Part shown: positions 1 to 10,466 of the stretch, one piece after another
Layout: every line of letters starts with the position of its first letter
Position numbering within the stretch: the first letter of the stretch is position 1
Origin: Armatimonadota bacterium
GTDB lineage: Bacteria; Armatimonadota; SYMT01
Length of the DNA: 64,000 bases
Assembly (NCBI GenBank): GCA_041690135.1
Contig: JAWLHY010000001.1
Coordinates: 512,001 to 576,000 of the forward strand
Reading direction: 5' to 3'
Program-made: the position numbers and the translations under genes
Notes under the pieces: model-generated
Databases searched by the model: none
Seen by the model: only the letters and a program-made list of their open reading frames with translations
What the model was told of the DNA's origin: nothing

Positions 1-258
1 CACCTCGCCGCCGTAGAGTTCCCACGCGGCCAGCGGGCTCAGCTCTAGAAACGGACTTCCGGGATCCAGCAGGCGTTCGATGCGGTCGCGCACCAGGAGC
101 TTGCCCCGGTCCGTGTGCTTCCGGCGAGCCGCCTCGCCGCCGCCTTCCCGGACCGTGCGCAGGCGCTCCCGGAGAGTTTCCACCTGGGCCGCCATCGCCT
201 CTTGGTTGGCGCGGGCAACATCGTCCTGGGGGCGGTGGTGGGTAGGCAAGATTTCCAT
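1..258 (-). CDS. methylcrotonoyl-CoA carboxylase beta / carboxyl transferase subunit, N-terminal part (runs off window)
   Basis: Manual translation from ATG 258: MEILPT...GGGEAARRKHTDRGKLLVRDRIERLLDPGSPFLELSPLAAWELYG, the typical MccB/LiuB N-terminus. Confidence 0.85.
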   Translation of the reverse strand, partial: MEILPTHHRPQDDVARANQEAMAAQVETLRERLRTVREGGGEAARRKHTDRGKLLVRDRIERLLDPGSPFLELSPLAAWELYGGEV

Positions 259-342
259 GCAGGTGTGCTCGTGTGACGCTCTATCAAGGGGATTATACCG
301 GGACTGCGGGGTTCATAGACCTGGGATCGGCAGGCACTTCGG

Positions 343-1119
343 TCACTTCTGCCTCGGCCACTCCTTGAGGAACGGAGCAATCCCCTCCACGAACGCCTCC
401 GGGTGACTCAGGTGCGCGGCGTGCGCGCCGGGGACGGTCACCGTCCGGGCGTGCGGAAGAGCCGCGGCCGTCGCTCGCACCCGCGCCTCCGTTACCACCG
501 TATCCCGTTCTCCGCGGAGGACCAGCACCGGCTGTTGGATGCCGGGCAGCAACACCTCCGCCGGACACTTCAATTGCTCCGCCAGGATGCGCAGGAGGCG
601 CTGCGGTCCGCAGCGGAAGTAGTCCGGCAGGATCGCCCCGAACACCAGAAGCGGCTCGCGGGGCGCGTCCACGGCGGCGGCGAACAGTTGGGCCGTCAGG
701 GAGTCGAGGTGCGGCAGTCCGGAGGGCGCCGCCAACACCAGCCGTTCGACCTGGGTGCGCCGGAAGGCAGTGGTGAGCACCGATATCTCGCACCCGACGG
801 ACTGTCCCACCAGCGAGCACTGGTGGATTCCCACCGCGTCCAGCCAGTGCGCCAGGTGCCGCGCGAGCCGCGGCAGTTCCGGAGGCCAGTCCGGGTTCTG
901 GCTTTGCCCAAAGCCGGGGAAATCGAGCGCGTGGACCCGGAACGGACCCGCCGCCGCAAGCAGTCGCTGCGCCGGCAGCCAGTAGCGACTGGAAACCCCG
1001 GCCCCGTGGACCAACACCACGTCGGGGCCTTCCCCTACCACGCGGGAGAAGGTACGCAGGCCGTCCACGACATGGATCCGCTCTTCTTCACCCGGCACCC
1101 TCGCCAGCGTGCTTCCCAT
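343..1119 (-). CDS. alpha/beta fold hydrolase
   Basis: VVLVHGAG, DFPGFGQS, GQSVG nucleophile elbow, GERD, terminal His; start MGSTL chosen. Confidence 0.9.
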   Translation of the reverse strand: MGSTLARVPGEEERIHVVDGLRTFSRVVGEGPDVVLVHGAGVSSRYWLPAQRLLAAAGPFRVHALDFPGFGQSQNPDWPPELPRLARHLAHWLDAVGIHQCSLVGQSVGCEISVLTTAFRRTQVERLVLAAPSGLPHLDSLTAQLFAAAVDAPREPLLVFGAILPDYFRCGPQRLLRILAEQLKCPAEVLLPGIQQPVLVLRGERDTVVTEARVRATAAALPHARTVTVPGAHAAHLSHPEAFVEGIAPFLKEWPRQK

Positions 1120-1497
1120 ACTCTCGTGATACCCCTTTGCTCGGCCGCATTCGCCCCAGATCCAAGCCCAGCCGTTGAAGGAGTGCCCGTGCCAAGGGAT
1201 ATCGCCGGTACTCCCTCCGGGCACTCTACTCCGCCGTCGGCGTCCGCTCCAAGGAACCCCCAAACGCTGAAACGAATGAACACACCGGAACCCTGTCTCC
1301 GCGGCAGCAAATTGGCGACTAAAAGTCGCAAGCTGAAAAGACGCGAAGTCGGCCTGCGCCGACTGGTGCAGTTCCGGCCATTCGCCAAACCATACAACAT
1401 ACCGCCGAGTGCACGTGCCACGTCTCTGCGCGGAGGCCGGCGTCGTGCCGCCTCGTTCGTCAGTATTACGAGCAATTACGCATTACACACTACGCCC

Positions 1498-2598
1498 ATG
1501 ATCGACCTCAACCTCGACATTCTGCCTCATCGCCCACCGAGCGCCGACTACGGGATCGGCGCCATAGGGGCCGGCTTTATCGTGCGCGACTGCCACCTCC
1601 TGGCGTACCAGAACGCGGGATTCCGGCGCGTGGCCATCGCTTCCCGCACCCGGTCCTCCGCCGAAGAGGCTGCTCGCCTTCGGGGCGTGGAGCGGGTCTA
1701 CGACACCTGGCAGGAGATGGTCCGCGATCCCGAAGTGGAGATCGTCGACCTGGGGGTCCCGCCCGATGAACAGCCCGCCATCATCCGGTGGCTGGCGGAG
1801 CACCGGCCGCCCCAGTTGAAGGGAATCCTGGCCCAGAAGCCGCTGGCGATGGACTACTCCCAGGCCGCCGAACTGGTGCGCGCCTGCCGCGAGGCCGGGA
1901 TCAAGCTTGGCGTCAACCAGAACATGCGGTACGACCAGTCGATCCGCGCGCTCAAGTCGGTGCTGGACCGCGGCTACCTGGGAGAGCCGGTCCTCGGCAC
2001 CCTGGAGATGCGCGCCATTCCGCACTGGATGCCGTGGCAGGAGCGGATGGGGTGGATCACCCTGCGGATCATGTCGATCCATCACCTGGATACCTTCCGC
2101 TACCTCTTCGGTGACCCGGAGCGCATCTTCTGCAGCGTGCGCCAGGACCCGCGGACCCGCTTTCCCCACCGGGACGGCATCTGTCTCTACATCCTGGAGT
2201 ATGCGAATGGCCTCCGCTGCTCGGGTTGGGACGACGTCTGGGCGGGCCCTGCCAAAGAAGGGGGAGAGACGGATATCTACATCAAATGGAGGGTGGAGGG
2301 AACGGAGGGGATGGCCGATGGAACCATCGGCTGGCCGCGGTACCCGGAGCCGACCCCCAGCACCCTACGGTTCAGCACGCTCCGCGAGCCGGGCCGCTGG
2401 TTCGAGCCGCGCTGGCCGCAGGTATGGTTTCCCGACGCTTTCGAGGGCCCTATGGCCCAGTTGATGGCGGCCATTTACCACGATACGGAGCCGGAGATCG
2501 GCGGCGAGGACAACCTCCGCACCATGGCGCTGGTCGACGCGGCCTATCGCAGCGTGGAAGAGCGCCGTTCGGTTGCAGTGGCAGAGATCCTGGAGTAG
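1498..2598 (+). CDS. Gfo/Idh/MocA family oxidoreductase
   Basis: IGAIGAGFI Rossmann motif, QKPLA, HHLD; ATG 1498. Confidence 0.9.
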   Translation: MIDLNLDILPHRPPSADYGIGAIGAGFIVRDCHLLAYQNAGFRRVAIASRTRSSAEEAARLRGVERVYDTWQEMVRDPEVEIVDLGVPPDEQPAIIRWLAEHRPPQLKGILAQKPLAMDYSQAAELVRACREAGIKLGVNQNMRYDQSIRALKSVLDRGYLGEPVLGTLEMRAIPHWMPWQERMGWITLRIMSIHHLDTFRYLFGDPERIFCSVRQDPRTRFPHRDGICLYILEYANGLRCSGWDDVWAGPAKEGGETDIYIKWRVEGTEGMADGTIGWPRYPEPTPSTLRFSTLREPGRWFEPRWPQVWFPDAFEGPMAQLMAAIYHDTEPEIGGEDNLRTMALVDAAYRSVEERRSVAVAEILE

Positions 2599-2619
2599 GA
2601 TGGGAGAAGCCATCCAACA

Positions 2620-3702
2620 TTGAGCCAACTTCAGATGAAAGTCCGCAGCGTCTACATTCGGGATTTCCGCAGTTTCCGGGGAGAGAACACGATTTCGTTC
2701 GTCGATCCTCTCACGGATAACCCGTTCCCGCTCTCCGTGCTTTCCGGTGTGAACGGCTCCGGTAAGACAACCGTGCTCGACGGGATAGCGGCTGCCTGGA
2801 AGCTGGCGCAGTGCCCGGATGACACGGACCCGTTTGTAAAGTCGCTGCTTGCGACGGGTTTGATCTGCGTAGAGTTTGAAGGGCATATAGATGGCGTTGA
2901 GGGGAAGCAGCGTGCATTCGTAGCCCTGGGTAGCGAAGCCCTGATTCCGGAAGACCACGAAGCCCGTTGGCCTGACCTCTTTGCGATTCTGGCAGGGCCA
3001 CAAGGCGACCGCCGGAAAGTCGCCTTCGGAACTCCTCGTCAGGTCGGCGATCGGGCTCCTGTCTGGTTCAAGGACCTACTCAACAGCACCCGAGCGGGAG
3101 GGCTACTCTACTTCCCTGGCGAGCGACGCTTGAGCCCGGGTAAGGGCGGTCCCATCGAGGCTCCGCCGGAGATCTCTCGCTTCGATGCGCGAGTCGGAGA
3201 CCTGGATGGCTGGCAAGGCAGTCTGGAGCAGTACTGGGTCTGGCTCAATTATCTGGACCTGGAAGAGGGGAAGTTGCCGGGCGAGCGGCTCTCGCCTTTC
3301 ATCGAGCGTCTAAGCTCGCTCCTGGGTCGAGGTCGACAGCTCTACGTTCGCAAAGGTCGGATTTACGTTGCTTCCGGCCGTGCGGACCAGCCCGATGCCC
3401 GGATGGACGAACTTCCGTCCGGTGAGAAGCAGATCCTTCTCATGGTTGGTGAATTGATCCGCAGGATGCGGCCAGGGATGGCTTGTCTCATAGACGAGCC
3501 AGAGGCGAGCTTGCATTCGGCGCTCCAGCATGCGCTGATCTTCCAGTTACGAAAGTGCGCTTTGGAGAGCGATATTCAGTTCATACTTGCCACGCACTCC
3601 CTGGAGATCGTTCAAGCACTACCCACCTCCGTGGTTTTCCTCGACCATCTGATCCGGACGACCTCGCCCTATCCTTCCATCCACCACGAGGCGGCAGCCT
3701 GA
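2620..3702 (+). CDS. ABC-type AAA ATPase (AAA_15/AAA_21, AriA-like)
   Basis: IRDFRSF start, Walker A GVNGSGKT, signature LPSGEKQ, Walker B LIDEPE, ATHS. Confidence 0.85.
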   Translation: MSQLQMKVRSVYIRDFRSFRGENTISFVDPLTDNPFPLSVLSGVNGSGKTTVLDGIAAAWKLAQCPDDTDPFVKSLLATGLICVEFEGHIDGVEGKQRAFVALGSEALIPEDHEARWPDLFAILAGPQGDRRKVAFGTPRQVGDRAPVWFKDLLNSTRAGGLLYFPGERRLSPGKGGPIEAPPEISRFDARVGDLDGWQGSLEQYWVWLNYLDLEEGKLPGERLSPFIERLSSLLGRGRQLYVRKGRIYVASGRADQPDARMDELPSGEKQILLMVGELIRRMRPGMACLIDEPEASLHSALQHALIFQLRKCALESDIQFILATHSLEIVQALPTSVVFLDHLIRTTSPYPSIHHEAAA

Positions 3703-3705
3703 ACG

Positions 3706-4548
3706 ATGCCGTTTGCCTCTCCCGACAAAGCGACACTCCTTCAGCAGGTGGGGTCGGCGGTTGCCGTGTTGGTGGAAGGGGAGGAGGTGGGTGGAGACGC
3801 CTGGATCTACGGCGATAAGTGGTTCGGGGCGCGGTCTCTTGAAGTGAGATTCCTACCCCAAGGTCGCTGGGGTGGCGTCGTGGAGGCCGTAGCTCGACTG
3901 CGGAGAGAGCCGCCGCCACATCCCGTCTTTGGGATCATTGATCGGGACTGCACTCCGGACGGCGAGCTGGCGGATCTGGAGCCTCAGGGCATTTTCCGGG
4001 TTCCGCGCTATTCCGTGGAAAACTACCTGCTCGATCCACACTGTTGGTGGCAGGTGTTCCGGATCATGACGGATCACCGTGGCGGACTTCCACCAACCTG
4101 GGCAAGTGCCACGGAAGTAGCTGCAAAGATCGAACGGTGCTACCAGGAATGTGTAGACCTCGCAGCATTCAATCGCGTGGTGGGGCTCACGAAGCGCTCG
4201 AACCCGGATTACCCTGATACTCCGATCTACATGCGAAACCCGCGAGATTCTCGCGATCCAGAGGGAGTGCTGGCAAGCTGGCAACACCGATGTGGTCAAC
4301 CATCCTGCCTCTCGACCGAGTTTCAGCTGGAGAAGCAACGCCTTCGCGCCGCAGCCAATCCGGAACTCGACCGCTGCATCGATGGCAAGCTAGTGATAGA
4401 GGCACTACTACGACGCTTCAACAACGAGGTCAACCCACAGCCCCAGGCCTCTCGAGGGCCCTACCTGAGCTACTACCTCGACAAGTGCCCCCATCCACCC
4501 GAAGAAGTCTGCGCACTGCTTGACCGAATTCTTGCAGAAGTGCAGTAA
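3706..4548 (+). CDS. DUF4435 TOPRIM-like protein (AriB-like)
   Basis: VLVEGEE, IIDRD, YSVENYLLD motifs; 3 bp downstream of ATPase. Confidence 0.7.
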   Translation: MPFASPDKATLLQQVGSAVAVLVEGEEVGGDAWIYGDKWFGARSLEVRFLPQGRWGGVVEAVARLRREPPPHPVFGIIDRDCTPDGELADLEPQGIFRVPRYSVENYLLDPHCWWQVFRIMTDHRGGLPPTWASATEVAAKIERCYQECVDLAAFNRVVGLTKRSNPDYPDTPIYMRNPRDSRDPEGVLASWQHRCGQPSCLSTEFQLEKQRLRAAANPELDRCIDGKLVIEALLRRFNNEVNPQPQASRGPYLSYYLDKCPHPPEEVCALLDRILAEVQ

Positions 4549-4667
4549 GCGAGCCTCCCAGAGACCTGTAACGACCGGGCCCATCCGAACGCCTAATAGA
4601 GGTAACAAGAGGCGGCACGGACAGTTGGGGATTAGATCGAACCCCCGATTGTGGTGGGATTGACACG

Positions 4668-6068
4668 ATGCTGGAGATACAGGGTCCGGGAGTACGGTTG
4701 TGTGACGGGGTGTCGCGCCGCACCCTGATTCAGGCGGGCGGGATCTCCTCACTGGGCCTCTCGCTGCCGCAGCTCTTCGCGGCCCGGGCGGAAGCGGCGC
4801 CGAATTCCGATCCGACGGCCGTGCCGGCCTCCCGCCCGCGCGCGGATCGGGATCTCAACTGCATCATGATCTGGCTGTGGGGTGCCCCCTCCCACCTCGA
4901 CACCTGGGACATGAAGCCGGACCAGAGCGAGGAGATTCGCGGGATGTGGCGGCCGATCTCCAGCGGCATCCCCGGAATGGAGGTGTGTGAGCACCTGCCG
5001 CGCTTCGCGAAGCAGATGCGGCGTATCGTCCAGGTCCGGACCATGCACAACGATGCGCCGGACCACCCCGAGGGCGCCTCAATTGCCCTTTCCGGGTTCA
5101 AGTTCGTTCCGGGCAAGCCGGACAAGGAAGGCCCCCACCTCGGGTCGGTGATCGCCAGATTTGCCCGCCCGGCTTCCTCGCTTCCCCAGTACGTGGTACT
5201 CGGGCGAGAGTTGTGGGACAACGGCGCCCGCGTTCCGGGCCAGTACGGCGGCTTCCTCGGGGGCGCCTACGCCCCATTCCGGATCGAAGACCCACGGGCC
5301 GGCGTGGAAAACTTCCCCTCGCTGAAACTGCCCGAGGGGATCACCCCCAGCCGGTTCGGCCGGCGCGACCTGATGCGCCGGATGCTGGACGACTTCCATC
5401 GCCGGGTCGAGACCCGCGACACCCGCTCCTTCGATGGCAGCGTCGAACAGGCCCTGGGTCTGCTGACCTCGCCCGATGCGAAGAAGGCATTCGACCTGAC
5501 GGAGGAGCCGCCGAAGCTTCGCGCCCGCTACGGGGAAACGTTCTTCGGCCAGAGTTGCCTGGCCGCGCGGCGGCTGGTGGAGGCGGGCGTCCGGTACGTG
5601 CAGGTGAACTGGAGCCGGCACCCCGGCGCCGACGGGCTGGAGGGGTGGGACGTCCACGGCGAGTTCGGCGGCTTTCTCACTGACTACCCCAAGAAGCAAT
5701 TCCCGAACTTCGACCAGACCGCCTCCACATTCCTGGACGACATGGCGGACCGGGGCTTGCTGGAGAACACGCTGGTGATCTTCGGCACGGAGTTCGGTCG
5801 AAGCCCCAAGATCAACAAGTGGGGCGGACGGGACCACTGGTCGTCCTGCTACACGGTGATGTTCGCGGGGGCCGGAATCGAAGGCGGCCGCTTCATCGGC
5901 GACAGCGATGCCCAGGGCGCCTACCCCGCCACGGAAGCTTACGGTCCCCGGAATATGCTGATGAGCGTCTACCAGCACCTCGGCCTCGACACGGCCAAAA
6001 CCCTCCGCGAGGCGGGCATCGTTGATCAGGATGCCCCCATCCGCGGCCTCTTCGGCAACCAGGGCTGA
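4668..6068 (+). CDS. DUF1501 domain protein
   Basis: SRRTLIQAG Tat-like start, GAPSHLDTWDMKP, GQSCLAARRLVEAGV, EFGRSP, GRDHW. Confidence 0.9.
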   Translation: MLEIQGPGVRLCDGVSRRTLIQAGGISSLGLSLPQLFAARAEAAPNSDPTAVPASRPRADRDLNCIMIWLWGAPSHLDTWDMKPDQSEEIRGMWRPISSGIPGMEVCEHLPRFAKQMRRIVQVRTMHNDAPDHPEGASIALSGFKFVPGKPDKEGPHLGSVIARFARPASSLPQYVVLGRELWDNGARVPGQYGGFLGGAYAPFRIEDPRAGVENFPSLKLPEGITPSRFGRRDLMRRMLDDFHRRVETRDTRSFDGSVEQALGLLTSPDAKKAFDLTEEPPKLRARYGETFFGQSCLAARRLVEAGVRYVQVNWSRHPGADGLEGWDVHGEFGGFLTDYPKKQFPNFDQTASTFLDDMADRGLLENTLVIFGTEFGRSPKINKWGGRDHWSSCYTVMFAGAGIEGGRFIGDSDAQGAYPATEAYGPRNMLMSVYQHLGLDTAKTLREAGIVDQDAPIRGLFGNQG

Positions 6069-6132
6069 CCCACGGCGTGAAGGCGCCCATTGAAATCTCC
6101 GGTTGCTCGTCCGATGAATAAGGAAAGTGTCT

Positions 6133-6168
6133 GCGCCGCCCTCGTTTATAGGGGCGGCGTTCGCCTTT
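6133..6168 (+). terminator. probable intrinsic terminator
   Basis: gcgccgccct...ggggcggcgt hairpin followed by T-containing tail after DUF1501. Confidence 0.4.
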
Positions 6169-6196
6169 CATCCGGTTAGAGCCCCGAGAGGAAACC

Positions 6197-7114
6197 ATGA
6201 AAAGGTTCGTTAGTCGCCGAGTTGTCCTGTTGTGGTCCGCCTGCGTGGCGGCATCGCTGATGGTGGTCCATGCAGCCCCGGCCGCCCCGGAGTTGCCTGC
6301 GGTTCCGCTGGTCATCTCCGCCGACGAGGGAGTCGCGGCGGTCAGCCTCGCTCCCGCGAGCGTTTCCGCAAGCGGTCTGGAGAACACCCGGCGGCCGACC
6401 CGTCGCGACGAAGCGCGCACGGCCCCGAAGCTCCAGAGCTTTGTGTCTCAACTGCTCGGGGAGAACACCGGCACTTTCTCTTCCGGACGCCGTACCCAGC
6501 GACGGGTCCGGGAGGCGAACCGCTTCGTGAGCCAGCTTTTCCGCAAAGTGCTCAACAGCCAGATCAACCCACGGCGGCGACGCGCCCCGGCGGCGGGTGG
6601 CAACCTGTCGGTTCTGGCGGTGGCTTCCGTCGTGACCGCGGCCGGCCTCACCCTGGAAGAAGACGTGTCTCTCGACTTCACGCTCAACACCCAGGGCTAT
6701 CACGCCGATCTGACCCAGCAGTACCAGCGGACCACGGAGGCGGGCGCCAGCCTCCAGGTGGACTACACCCCACTGCCGGCCCAGGATGCCGTGGATGGTT
6801 CCCTCGTCGCCGCGTTCATCCGGGAAAGCACCACCCCCACCACGGGCGTTCTGGTCTTGATCGCCTTAGATAGCGGGCTGCCGGCGCTCCTGGAGACCTA
6901 CGGGGTCGCCAACGAGACGGTCAGCGAGAGGGCGATTACCCTCCCGTATGACCTGTCCCTGACCGGTTCCGCGAACGGCACGCTCACCGCCCCGTCCCCC
7001 TCATTCGACGATGTCTACTACGCGAAAGCGGATGTGCTGGGCATCGCGGTCCCACCGACGCTCGCGGAGCAGGTGGAAGCCCTGGTCGGCCGCCTCGGCG
7101 AAGGCGTAGAGTAG
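6197..7114 (+). CDS. hypothetical secreted protein
   Basis: RBS GAGG before ATG, N-terminal signal peptide-like segment. Confidence 0.65.
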   Translation: MKRFVSRRVVLLWSACVAASLMVVHAAPAAPELPAVPLVISADEGVAAVSLAPASVSASGLENTRRPTRRDEARTAPKLQSFVSQLLGENTGTFSSGRRTQRRVREANRFVSQLFRKVLNSQINPRRRRAPAAGGNLSVLAVASVVTAAGLTLEEDVSLDFTLNTQGYHADLTQQYQRTTEAGASLQVDYTPLPAQDAVDGSLVAAFIRESTTPTTGVLVLIALDSGLPALLETYGVANETVSERAITLPYDLSLTGSANGTLTAPSPSFDDVYYAKADVLGIAVPPTLAEQVEALVGRLGEGVE

Positions 7115-7210
7115 GCAAACCCCCGCTTGCCGGGAAGGGAAATCCTGCCGGCACGCCCAACGAAGAGGGCGTATTCGTCCGCTGGGCGCGCCGACAGGAG
7201 TATCCCGACC

Positions 7211-8383
7211 GTGACCGAGATCAACAGCGACTGGAATCCCCCGCAGCGTATTCTGATGGGCCCCGGCCCAAGCAACGTCCACCCTCGCGTACTCCAGGCG
7301 ATGGCGCAGTGGACCGTCGGGCACCTCGACCCGGCGTTCCTGGCGCTGATGGACGAGACGATGGCCCTGCAGCGGCAGGTGATGCGTACGCAAAACCCCG
7401 TCACCTTCCCCGTGTCCGGTACCGGCAGCGCCGGGATGGAAGCCACCTTCGTCAACCTCCTGGAGCCGGGCGACCGGGTCGTTGTGGGGGTCAACGGCGT
7501 GTTCGGCGAGCGGATGTGCGATGTCGCCTCCCGCTGCGGCGCCGAAGTGCGGCGAGTGGAGTCGCCCTGGGGCCGGATTCTCGACGCGGCCGAAATGGCC
7601 GCCGCCATCCGGGAGACTTCTCCGAAACTCGTGGCCGTGGTCCACGCCGAAACCTCTACCGGCGTCCGCCAGCCCCTGGAGGAGATCGAGCAGGCCACCC
7701 ATGCGGCGGGCGGCCTCTTGCTGGTCGACTGCGTCACCTCCCTGGGGGGCGTGGACCTGCGGATCGACGAGTGGAAGATCGACGTGGCGTACAGCGGCAC
7801 GCAGAAGTGCCTCTCCTGCCCGCCGGGCCTCTCGCCCGTCACCTTCGGCGAGCGAGCCCTGGAAGCGTTCGACGCGCGTAAGAGCAAGGTCCAGAGCTGG
7901 TACCTCGATATCGGCATGATCCGCCGCTACTGGGGCGGCGAGCGTCTCTACCACCACACCGCGCCCATCAACGCGATGTACGGCCTGCGGGAAGCACTGC
8001 GCCTGATCGTGGAAGAGGGCCTGGAGAACCGCATCGAGCGTCACTCCCGCAACGCGCGCGCCCTCCACGCCGGCATCGAGGCGATGGGGCTGCAGCTCTT
8101 CGCGCAAGAGGGATATCGACTGCCGACGCTGACCACCGTCTCCGTGCCCGAGGGGTGCGACGAGGCGGCGGTGCGGGCCGCCCTGCTCCAGGAGTTCAAC
8201 CTGGAAGTGGGTGGGGGGCTCGGGCCAATCAAGGGGAAGGTGTGGCGCGTCGGCCTGATGGGGGAAACCAGCAGCCCGCGCAACGTCTTCTACTTCCTCT
8301 CCTGCCTGGAGCGCCTCCTGAAGCGCCAGGGCATCGCCGTCGATAGTGGTCTCGCCGCCGCCCAGGCAGCCCTGGGAGAATAG
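7211..8383 (+). CDS. alanine--glyoxylate aminotransferase family (PLP class V)
   Basis: ILMGPGPSNVHPRV, VHAETSTGV, SGTQKCLSCPPGL, YHHT; GTG start with AGGAG RBS. Confidence 0.92.
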   Translation: MTEINSDWNPPQRILMGPGPSNVHPRVLQAMAQWTVGHLDPAFLALMDETMALQRQVMRTQNPVTFPVSGTGSAGMEATFVNLLEPGDRVVVGVNGVFGERMCDVASRCGAEVRRVESPWGRILDAAEMAAAIRETSPKLVAVVHAETSTGVRQPLEEIEQATHAAGGLLLVDCVTSLGGVDLRIDEWKIDVAYSGTQKCLSCPPGLSPVTFGERALEAFDARKSKVQSWYLDIGMIRRYWGGERLYHHTAPINAMYGLREALRLIVEEGLENRIERHSRNARALHAGIEAMGLQLFAQEGYRLPTLTTVSVPEGCDEAAVRAALLQEFNLEVGGGLGPIKGKVWRVGLMGETSSPRNVFYFLSCLERLLKRQGIAVDSGLAAAQAALGE

Positions 8384-8832
8384 GCGTACCACCTTCGACC
8401 TATCCGCCAACTCGCAGTCTCCAGGGGAAACTTCCGTCTCGTTCCCCTGGAGATTGTGGAGCGGCGGTAAACCAGAACCTCTCTTCACCAGCCGGTCCTC
8501 AGGTCGCCCGACATCCCACCGGAGTGAAGGCGAACGGCAACATCTAGAGCGACTCCAGCGAAGTGCAGCCGCTCAACTTCGTTGAATGCCGCCCCGTTTA
8601 CTCCCACGCTTCCAGGGGAACTCCAGGGAAGACTTGGGGATGATAGGGCCGCATGCCGCCGGCGGGGGCGAGGAGTCCGACACCCTGGATGACACGGGAG
8701 CCGCGGCCCGGAACCGGGGGACGGCTTCTAGCCATCCAAGACGGTTCGCTGACGATCGCCATGGCGTCAACGGGACGTTGCTATAGGGGTCTGGGAGTCG
8801 GTAAGGACAGAAATCGGGGAACGGAGGTCAGG

Positions 8833-9075
8833 ATGATGCAACTGGACGCAGTCAGTGATCGCTTGCGGGGTGCCCTGCGCGAGGCGCCGGAACTCAATGG
8901 AGAGCGCCACGCCCGGGCCTGGGGACAGGGTGAGCAGTACCTCGCCACCGCAGCGGACGGCTCCGTGCGGATCTGCCGTGCGGCGCCGCCGCCGGTGGGG
9001 GTGGTCGAGGAAGAGATCGACTCCGAACCCACCGGCCTGGAATGGCAGCCGATGGGAGAGGCGGACATCGCCTGA
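8833..9075 (+). CDS. small hypothetical protein
   Basis: GGAGG RBS, ORF with coding-like GC3. Confidence 0.5.
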   Translation: MMQLDAVSDRLRGALREAPELNGERHARAWGQGEQYLATAADGSVRICRAAPPPVGVVEEEIDSEPTGLEWQPMGEADIA

Positions 9076-9290
9076 CCCTTCAAAGGTGAAGAGCGCGCGG
9101 CCCGGGTAGGTGCGGATGTCGTCTTCACTGGCATCCGCACCTGCCCGGGCCGCGCGCCCATGGTCGACGGGCCGTGCGCCCCTACGCGATGCTTGGGAGC
9201 GTCGTGATCGGAGTCTTCGATCGGACAGAGCTGTTTCGCAGCCCCTTGTTTCGCGCATCGCCCATCCGGCCGCCGTTTACTTTACTTCCC

Positions 9291-10466
9291 TCACGACGGA
9301 TACGCGTCGGCAACGGACAGGTTTTGCTGGATGAGATGCTCGGCGTTGCCCATCATCTCTTCGATGATCTCGGCAACCGGCTTGATGTCGTGGATCCGCT
9401 TGATGCTTTCCGCGCCGGCCGGGAGGCCCATCTCCTCAAAGTCGCCGGTTGTCTCCGGGCTCGGTACGACGGCACTGAACTTCGGCATGGGGTAGGGGAT
9501 CCGGGCCGTGAAGGGGAACAGCACGGTCTCGCCGATCGTGGCCGGCGGGGGAGGGGGTACCGGTACTTCGGCCTCTCGCCCGGCCCATTCGTCGACCACC
9601 CGGGTCCGCAGCACCCGGTAGGGTACATTCGGGTACTCCGGTCCGAACAGGGTGGTGACCACGGTGTCGTTTCCGTTCGCCTCCACGATCCGCTGCTTAT
9701 ACTTCTCATGCGCGTAGGCTTCGGTGGAAGCGACCAGTCGCGTTCCGACCCACACCCCCTCGGCCCCGTTTGCCAGGGCCTTGACGACCCCGGCCCCGTC
9801 CGCGATCCCGCCGGAGGCGAGCACCATCAGCGGTGAAACCGCCCGGCGTACCTGGTGGAGCAGCGGGATCGTGGGGGTGCGGCTCTTGTTGTGCCCTCCC
9901 GCCTGGCTGCCCTGGGCAATGATGGCGTCCACGCCCAGGTTCGCGGCGCCTACTGCCTGTTCTACCGAGGCGGCCTGCATCCACACCCGCACGCCGCAGC
10001 GCTTCAGTCGCTGCACCCAGTGGGCGGGCGGTACGTTGAAGTGGAAAACTACCAGCGGTACTTGCTTCGCGATGCACACCTCGATGTGCTCATCCACCGT
10101 CGCCGGCCCGAAGGCCGTGATATCTACCAGCAAGTCCACGCCGAATGGCCGGTCCGTCAGCGTCCGGGTCTGGTCGATCAGCAGTCTTAGGCTATCCGGG
10201 GGCTCGATCGCATTCCCCAGCACTCCCATTCCGCCCGCGTTCGACACGGCCGCCACCAGCGGCGGCATTCCCACAAAGCCCATTCCCGCCCCGACGAACG
10301 GGTAGCGGATGCCGTACTCCCGCGTCAGCCGGGTAGTAAGGATCGGTTTCTTCAAGGGACCCGAATCCGCGGACGCCCGATCACCCAGCAGCGGAAGCGC
10401 TGCCAGTCCGGCCGCGTTCTGGCCCAGGAGCTGCAGTAGTCGTCTTCGATCCAGCTTGTCTATCAT
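9291..10466 (-). CDS. nitronate monooxygenase family flavoprotein with Tat-like signal
   Basis: LVAAVSNAGGMG, QGSQAGGH, ASGGIADG, VWVGTR; N-terminal DRRRLL + hydrophobic + ASA. Confidence 0.88.
   Translation of the reverse strand: MIDKLDRRRLLQLLGQNAAGLAALPLLGDRASADSGPLKKPILTTRLTREYGIRYPFVGAGMGFVGMPPLVAAVSNAGGMGVLGNAIEPPDSLRLLIDQTRTLTDRPFGVDLLVDITAFGPATVDEHIEVCIAKQVPLVVFHFNVPPAHWVQRLKRCGVRVWMQAASVEQAVGAANLGVDAIIAQGSQAGGHNKSRTPTIPLLHQVRRAVSPLMVLASGGIADGAGVVKALANGAEGVWVGTRLVASTEAYAHEKYKQRIVEANGNDTVVTTLFGPEYPNVPYRVLRTRVVDEWAGREAEVPVPPPPPATIGETVLFPFTARIPYPMPKFSAVVPSPETTGDFEEMGLPAGAESIKRIHDIKPVAEIIEEMMGNAEHLIQQNLSVADAYPS

Noticed and set aside
403-1497. Long N-terminal extension of the Gfo/Idh/MocA ORF
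   Set aside because: Antisense to the hydrolase; family homology starts at 1498
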